Assembly (NCBI GenBank): GCA_964484655.1
Contig: CAZAFA010000002.1
Coordinates: forward strand, 123,860-187,859
Origin: an uncultured Candidatus Saccharibacteria bacterium
Lineage (GTDB): Bacteria; Patescibacteriota; Minisyncoccia; UBA6257; 2-01-FULL-56-20
DNA length: 64,000 nucleotides
Direction: 5' to 3'
Below, piece by piece: positions 55,626-61,359 of this stretch (its first letter is position 1; each line of letters starts with the position of its first letter). Below the pieces are notes generated by a model that was given only the letters and a program-made list of their open reading frames with translations, was not told the origin of the DNA and did no database searches. The position numbers were made by a program, and so were the translations under genes.

Positions 55626-55632
55626 CGCCAGC

Positions 55633-56982
55633 CTAGAAGTCCTCGGCGACCTCGCGCTGCGGCACGCGGCGCTGGTCCGTCGCAAGCGTGAACCAGAACG
55701 TCGAGCCGCGCCCGACCTCCGATCCGACGCCCATCTGGCCGCCGTGCGCGCGGACGATGTTGCTCGCGATGAAGAGGCCGAGGCCCGTGCCGCCCGCCAC
55801 CGCCTTGCGCGCGTTCTCGGCGCGGAAGAACTTCGTGAAGAGCTTGCCGACATCCTTCGCGTCGATGCCGATGCCGGTGTCGCGGACGGAGATCTTCACG
55901 TACGGCTCGTTCGGGACAGCCTCCGCTTTCACCGTGATCTCGCCGCCCCTCACGTTGTAGCGCATCGCGTTCTCGATGAGATTGTTGATGACCATCGAGA
56001 TCTTCCCCTTGTCGAGGAACGCTGGCGGAAGCTGGACGGTCGGGCGGTCGAAGTAGAGCTTGAGCCCGGCCGCCTCGACCACCGGCATCGCCCTGCCGAG
56101 CTCCTCGTCGAGCATGGCCACGACGTCCGTCGGCGCGAAGGCGTAGCCGAAGCGGCCCTCCTCGATCTTGGCGACGCCGAGCAGGTCTTCGGCAGTGCGG
56201 ATGAGGCTGCGCACCGAGGAGAGCGTCTGGTCCGCGAGCGACTTGTCGTCCGGCCCGAGGGTAGCGCTGCTCGCGAGCGACTCGAGCGCCCAGCTGATCT
56301 CGGTGAGCGGCGTGCGGATCTGATGGCTCGCGACGGTGACGAACTCGCCCTTGCTGCGGATGAGCTCGATCTGGCGCGTGCGGTCGCGGACGATCTTGAG
56401 GAAGCCCCGGTGCTCGGGAAGCGTGATCGTGCTGACCCGGTAGTGGAGCTCCGGGTCGGAGAAGGTGAGGTCGACGACCTGCACGCCCTGGCCGGTCGTC
56501 TCGCGCGGGATCGCGAGCGGCGCGAGCGAGGGATACACGATCTGCACGAGACGGACGTACCGCGCGTCCTTCTGGGTGAGTTGCGGCGTGATGAGGAAGT
56601 TGCCGAGCTCCTCGCGCGGGATGCCGAGGAGTGCGACCGCCGCCTCGTTGGCGAACGTGATGCGGAAGAGGCCGTCGTACGCGAAGGCCGCGTCGTCGAG
56701 CGCGTTGAGTATGGCGTCGGCGTCGCCGAGATGGCCGCCGAGGCTTCCGGTCGCGTGCGATTCGGCCGGAGCGCTCGCGGACGAGGCCGGGGAGGAGAAG
56801 TACCGCTCGAGGAGCGCTCCCACGAGCACGAGCGTCGCGAACGCGGCGAGCGGCACGGCGAACAGGCCGAGCTGGAAGCCGACGGTCAGCCAGATGGCGA
56901 CCGAGGCTGCGGCGACGAGGCCGATGCGGACGAGAAGAGCAGGAGTGGGACGGATCATGCGAATCGTTCCAGCGATCCCCAA
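55633..56982 (-). CDS. two-component sensor histidine kinase (2 TM, PAS-like, HisKA, HATPase_c)
   Basis: H-box HQIRTPLTEI; N, G1 and G2 boxes (NLIENAMRY, DTGIGI, GGTGLGL). Confidence 0.85.
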   Translation of the reverse strand: MGIAGTIRMIRPTPALLVRIGLVAAASVAIWLTVGFQLGLFAVPLAAFATLVLVGALLERYFSSPASSASAPAESHATGSLGGHLGDADAILNALDDAAFAYDGLFRITFANEAAVALLGIPREELGNFLITPQLTQKDARYVRLVQIVYPSLAPLAIPRETTGQGVQVVDLTFSDPELHYRVSTITLPEHRGFLKIVRDRTRQIELIRSKGEFVTVASHQIRTPLTEISWALESLASSATLGPDDKSLADQTLSSVRSLIRTAEDLLGVAKIEEGRFGYAFAPTDVVAMLDEELGRAMPVVEAAGLKLYFDRPTVQLPPAFLDKGKISMVINNLIENAMRYNVRGGEITVKAEAVPNEPYVKISVRDTGIGIDAKDVGKLFTKFFRAENARKAVAGGTGLGLFIASNIVRAHGGQMGVGSEVGRGSTFWFTLATDQRRVPQREVAEDF

Positions 56983-59423
56983 CGGGATCCGGCGCGCACG
57001 TCGACCGAGAGCGGCACGCCGAGCTCCGGCATCACCCCCTCCATCGCCGCGCGGATGCGCGGAACGAGCTCCTTCATGCTACCCGTCCGCACCTCGAGCA
57101 GCAATTCGTCATGGATCGTGAGGAGGATATGCGCGTCGTCGCCGGCGCTCACGAGGTCGCGTACCGCGATCATGGCCAGCTTGGCGATGTCGCCGCCGAG
57201 GCCCTGCACGGGCTGGTTGATGGCTGCGCGCTCGATCTCGGCCATGCGCCACGAGGGCGCGCTGCTCGCGAGCTCGGGGAAGTAGCGCCGCCTGCCCGTG
57301 CGCGTCTCGGTGTAGCCGGTCTTCCGCGCGGCGGCGAGGATCTCCTCCTGCCAGCGCTTCACGGCACCGAACCGCTCGAAGTAGCGCGCGATGAACGTGG
57401 CCGCCTCGTTCTTGGGAAGGCCGCTCGCCTTCGCGAACGCGGTAACGCCCATGCCGTAGACGAGGCCGAAGTTCAGCGTCTTGGCGATGCGCCGCTCCTC
57501 CTTGGTGACGGCGTCCTGGTCCTTGCCGAGCACGACCGCCGCGGTGGCCGCGTGGATGTCCTCACCGTTGCGGAACGCGCGCGTCATGGCCTCGTCGCCC
57601 GAGAGCGCCGCGACGATGCGCAGCTCCAGCTGCGAGTAGTCGAACGAGACGAGGCGGTAGCCGCGGCGCGCCACGAAGCAGTCGCGCAGGGGACGGCTCC
57701 ACGCGCTCTCCTGGGGGATGTTCTGGAGGTTGGGGTTGCGCGAGGAGAGGCGTCCCGTCGCCGCGCCGGTCTGGACGTACTCGGTGCGGAGCGTGCCTGC
57801 CTCGTCGACGCGCTCGAGGAGCGGCTCGACGAACGCGGTGCGGATCTTGAAGTGCTCGCGGTACGCGAGGATGAGCGGCACGACCGGATGCTGGTCGGTG
57901 ATCTCCTCGAGGATCTCCGCGCGCGTGGACTCCTTCCGCTTGCCCTTAACCTGGAGGTTGAGCGTGCGGAAGAGCACGTCGCCGACCTGCTTGGGGGAGT
58001 TGAGGTTGAACGTGCTGCCGGCGAGCGCGTAGACCTGCTGCTCGACCGAGGCGCAGGTTGCCGCGATCTCGCCCGCGAGCTTCTCGAGCGCCGCGCGGTC
58101 GACCTGGATGCCGCGCATCTCGGTCTCGGCGAGCACGCGGAGGACCGGCAGCTCGATATCCTCGTAGACGCGCGTCATGCCTTCGCGCTCGAGCGCGGCG
58201 CGCAGCTGGTGGCGCAGCGCGGCCGTATCCGCGTCATCGCCCGAGGCCACGACGCTGCGTACCGCATCCTCGCCGTACGCCTTCAGGTCCGGGTAGAGGA
58301 GCCAGGTGATGATGCCGAGGTCGTCGTAAGGCGGCAGGAGGTCGCGGCCGTTCGCCCAGAGCTCCTGCAGCGCTTCCTTGAGCGCGTAGCCCGCGACCGG
58401 CATGTCCGCTGGCCGCGAGTCCGGGTTCTCGAGATAGCTGTCGAGGTCGCAGACGGGCGCGGCATCGCCGCCAGCTTCCGCCTCCGTGCGCGCGAAAGAG
58501 CTCACGCGCGGCGCGGATTTCCGCGCGGCCTTCTTCGGCGCGACCGGCTTCGCGAGCGGATCCTTGGAGGCGAGCGCGGCGGCGAGGCTCTGGAAGCCGA
58601 CCTCGAAGAAGTAGTCGCGGAGGCCGCGGCGGTCCAGCTCGGTGACCGCCATCTCGTCGAAGCTCGGGAGCTCCACGTCGACGTTGGGCTCGAGGGTCGC
58701 GAGGACCAGCGACGCCCGCAGCTGCGTGCCGTCGTCGGGAAGCTTCGCCTTGAGCTTCGGCAGCTCGTCGAGGTGCGCGAGCAGCTCCTCGACCGTCGGA
58801 TACGTGTTCAGGAGCTGCGCCGCGGTCTTCGGGCCGATGCCCGGCACGCCCGGGATGTTGTCCGAAGTGTCGCCGACGAGCGCCTTGTAGTCGGGGATCT
58901 GCTTGGGGCGGATGCCGTACTTCTCGATGACGCCCGCCGTGTCCATCACGGCCGTGTCGGTCACGCCCTTCCTGAGGGTCCGCGCGACCACGGTGCCGTC
59001 GTCGACCAGCTGCAGCAGGTCCGAGTCGCTCGAGAGCATCTCGATGCGCAGGTCGGGCGTGCCGCGCAGGCGCGTCACGATCGTCGCGATCACGTCGTCC
59101 GCCTCGTAGCCGGCCATCTCCCGGAGCGGCACGCCGTATCGCGCGAAGAGCTCCTTGGCTTCGTCCATCTGGCTCGCGAGGTCGTCAGGCATCGGCGCGC
59201 GGTGCGCCTTGTAGCGGTCGTCGAGCGTCTTGCGGAAGGTAGGCGCCGGCGTGTCGGATGCCGCGACGACGTAGTCGGGGCCGGTGCGCAGGATCGCGAG
59301 GAGCAGCCGCGCGAGGCCGTATACCGCCTGGATGGGGCGGCCGTCGGGCGTGGTCAGCGGCGGCAGCGCGTGATAGGCGCGGTGGATGATCGAATGCGCG
59401 TCGATGATTAGGAGCTTCTTCAT
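56955..59423 (-). CDS. polA: DNA polymerase I (5'-3' exonuclease + polymerase; no recognisable 3'-5' proofreading motifs)
   Basis: Start at MKKLLIIDAHSIIHRAYHAL (FEN domain). Polymerase motifs A (DYSQLELR), B (RRIAKTLNFGLVYG) and C (HDELLLE). Length 822 aa. Confidence 0.9.
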   Translation of the reverse strand: MKKLLIIDAHSIIHRAYHALPPLTTPDGRPIQAVYGLARLLLAILRTGPDYVVAASDTPAPTFRKTLDDRYKAHRAPMPDDLASQMDEAKELFARYGVPLREMAGYEADDVIATIVTRLRGTPDLRIEMLSSDSDLLQLVDDGTVVARTLRKGVTDTAVMDTAGVIEKYGIRPKQIPDYKALVGDTSDNIPGVPGIGPKTAAQLLNTYPTVEELLAHLDELPKLKAKLPDDGTQLRASLVLATLEPNVDVELPSFDEMAVTELDRRGLRDYFFEVGFQSLAAALASKDPLAKPVAPKKAARKSAPRVSSFARTEAEAGGDAAPVCDLDSYLENPDSRPADMPVAGYALKEALQELWANGRDLLPPYDDLGIITWLLYPDLKAYGEDAVRSVVASGDDADTAALRHQLRAALEREGMTRVYEDIELPVLRVLAETEMRGIQVDRAALEKLAGEIAATCASVEQQVYALAGSTFNLNSPKQVGDVLFRTLNLQVKGKRKESTRAEILEEITDQHPVVPLILAYREHFKIRTAFVEPLLERVDEAGTLRTEYVQTGAATGRLSSRNPNLQNIPQESAWSRPLRDCFVARRGYRLVSFDYSQLELRIVAALSGDEAMTRAFRNGEDIHAATAAVVLGKDQDAVTKEERRIAKTLNFGLVYGMGVTAFAKASGLPKNEAATFIARYFERFGAVKRWQEEILAAARKTGYTETRTGRRRYFPELASSAPSWRMAEIERAAINQPVQGLGGDIAKLAMIAVRDLVSAGDDAHILLTIHDELLLEVRTGSMKELVPRIRAAMEGVMPELGVPLSVDVRAGSRWGSLERFA

Positions 59424-59875
59424 GACTCGTCCCAGGTCAGCGTGATGCGGCGCTCGCGCTCGTGCGCGCCGTGCTCGATCCGCACGTCGAGCTGCGGACC
59501 GAAGAGCTCGCCGCCGATCTCCGGCCATTCGACGACGACCAGGTTCTTCCGCTCGGCGAGGACCTCCTCCAGTCCGAGGCTCGCGAGCTCCTCGACGCTC
59601 CGCAGGCGGTACGCGTCGACGTGGTACGCATCGCGGAACGGGCCTCCCGCGAGCGGGTAGCGGTGCATGAGCAGGAAGGTCGGGCTCGCGATGGTCCCCT
59701 GGACGCCGAGCGCTCCCAGGAGGCCCTGCGTGAACGCCGTCTTCCCGGCGCCGAGCTCGCCGCGGAGCGTGACCAGGAAGGCGCGCTCACGCGGCATGCG
59801 CGCCAGGCGCTCCGCCGCGGCTGCGGCGAGCGCTTCGGTCTCCTCCGGCGCGTTCGTGATGACGGTCTCGTGCAT
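59420..59875 (-). CDS. tsaE: tRNA threonylcarbamoyladenosine biosynthesis protein TsaE
   Basis: P-loop GELGAGKTAFTQGL, conserved N-terminal ...EEATEALAAA...; stop overlaps the polA start. Confidence 0.8.
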   Translation of the reverse strand: MHETVITNAPEETEALAAAAAERLARMPRERAFLVTLRGELGAGKTAFTQGLLGALGVQGTIASPTFLLMHRYPLAGGPFRDAYHVDAYRLRSVEELASLGLEEVLAERKNLVVVEWPEIGGELFGPQLDVRIEHGAHERERRITLTWDES

Positions 59876-60338
59876 GGCGGAAAGCCGCGATGGCTAGCGC
59901 GGTCAGGATACCAGCCGTGCAGACGGCTGTCCCCAGAAGCCCGGGAATCATGCTTCCGCGCTCGAGCGGCGGCAGCGGCGGGATGGCGAAGCCGGGCCCG
60001 GCCGCGATGCCCGGCGTGGAACTCGCCCAGTAGCCGGCGTCGCCGACATGGAAGCCGTATCCCTCAGGCGCGGATCCGGCCCCGCGGACGGCCTGGACCG
60101 CCACATCCTTATAAAGGAGGGAGATCTCAGGCTCGCGGTTGCGGATCGAGGCGGTGCCGGCATAGGCGAGGCTGCAGCCGCCCGCCTGCAGGGAGCCCGA
60201 GAGCGCGAGCGTGCGCGGGCCGACCGTGAGCGCGTAGCCGTCGAGAAGGACGGGCGCATCTGTGCAGAACTCGACCCATTCCTTCCCTCGGTCGGTGCCG
60301 GGCGGGTTCGGGAGGATCTCGGTGATGCGCGGGTGCAT
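59787..60338 (-). CDS. lamin-tail-domain (LTD) protein with C-terminal TM + Arg-rich tail
   Basis: ITEILPNPPGTDRGKEWVEF (LTD signature). The C-terminal PPLPPLERG + hydrophobic helix + RHARDRHHER resembles a sorting-signal-like tail. Overlaps tsaE by about 88 nt. Confidence 0.55.
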   Translation of the reverse strand: MHPRITEILPNPPGTDRGKEWVEFCTDAPVLLDGYALTVGPRTLALSGSLQAGGCSLAYAGTASIRNREPEISLLYKDVAVQAVRGAGSAPEGYGFHVGDAGYWASSTPGIAAGPGFAIPPLPPLERGSMIPGLLGTAVCTAGILTALAIAAFRHARDRHHERAGGDRSARRSRGGAPGAHAA

Positions 60339-60382
60339 GACGGCAGTGTGACTGCGCGCATGCCGAGGCGTATGCTTCAGGC

Positions 60383-60598
60383 ATGAACGAGCTGCAGGAG
60401 ATCAGGGACCGCCTCGCGCGTCTCGAGGAGAGAACGGAGGCGATCTTCGCATCGGCGGAGAAGACGCGGAAGTACCTCAAGGCCGCCTTCTACGTCACCG
60501 TGATCACGGTCGTGCTCCCGCTGCTCGGCGTCCTGTTGCTGGTCCCGTACCTGATGCGGACGCTCGGCGCGTACGGCGACCTGCTCAACGGATTGTGA
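60383..60598 (+). CDS. small coiled-coil/TM hypothetical protein (71 aa)
   Basis: Charged helix followed by TM VTVITVVLPLLGVLLLVPYL; ends at a strong terminator. Confidence 0.4.
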   Translation: MNELQEIRDRLARLEERTEAIFASAEKTRKYLKAAFYVTVITVVLPLLGVLLLVPYLMRTLGAYGDLLNGL

Positions 60599-60613
60599 GA
60601 GCGGGCCGTTGAG

Positions 60614-60647
60614 AAAGGGACAGGCGCGAGCCTGTCCCTTTCTCCTC
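60614..60647. terminator. bidirectional rho-independent terminator
   Basis: AAAGGGACAGGC-GCGA-GCCTGTCCCTTT + CTCCTCT; also lies 3' of the minus-strand tRNA-His. Confidence 0.65.
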
Positions 60648-60649
60648 TG

Positions 60650-60722
60650 GGTGTCCGACCGGATTCGAACCGGCAACCGCCAGAGCCACAATCTGGAGCT
60701 CTACCATTAAGCTACGGACACC
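60650..60722 (-). tRNA. tRNA-His (anticodon GTG) with encoded G-1
   Basis: G(-1) + acceptor GTGTCCG/CGGACAC, anticodon arm CCAGA-TTGTGGC-TCTGG, T-arm GCCGG-TTCGAAT-CCGGT, discriminator C. Confidence 0.8.
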
Positions 60723-60792
60723 ATGCCGCGGAACTGTAGCATGCGTCCCAAATAGTGACAACAACAAACATACGTGGTATGGTTGCGCGCAC

Positions 60793-61299
60793 ATGCCTGA
60801 ATACGCGGCGGATATCCTCACCCAGGTCGAAGCGACCCGAGCCGTCTCGCCGGTCGCGTTCGCTCTCGTGGCGTTCGGGACCACCTTCTTCGGCAACCTG
60901 GTCGCGATTCCTGCGATGGTCCTCGGCTTCAGCGGCAAGCTCGGGCACAACGGCTGGTTCATGGCGCCACTTGCGGTCCTCAGCGGGCATTACTTCGGCG
61001 ACGCGAGCTGGTACACGATTGGCCGCGGCCTCTCCGAGACGCGCGCCGGTGACTGGATCCGCCGCAAGCTCCCCCGCCACAAGCGCATCGAGCGGTTCTT
61101 CGAGACGGGGAGCGTGACGATCCTCGCGGTCTCGAAGCTCCTCGCGGGCACGACCATGCCGATCCTCTTCCTCCTCGGCTGGTACCGGACGCGCCCGGAG
61201 CGGTACCTGCGGCTCTCGTTCCTGACCGGCCTCCTCTGGTTCGTGGTCGCGCTGACGGCAGCGCTGCTCGTCTATTCGGGCATCCGCCTCGTGTTCTGA
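60793..61299 (+). CDS. DedA/VTT-family membrane protein
   Basis: 168 aa, about 4 TM, conserved G-x-x-x-[GA]-containing VTT-like core (SGHYFGDASWYTIGRGL). Confidence 0.5.
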   Translation: MPEYAADILTQVEATRAVSPVAFALVAFGTTFFGNLVAIPAMVLGFSGKLGHNGWFMAPLAVLSGHYFGDASWYTIGRGLSETRAGDWIRRKLPRHKRIERFFETGSVTILAVSKLLAGTTMPILFLLGWYRTRPERYLRLSFLTGLLWFVVALTAALLVYSGIRLVF

Positions 61300-61359
61300 G
61301 GACCATGAAGAGAGCGATAGTCTATACTGTCCGTATTACCCCGTAACCTCCCTCCGCCC

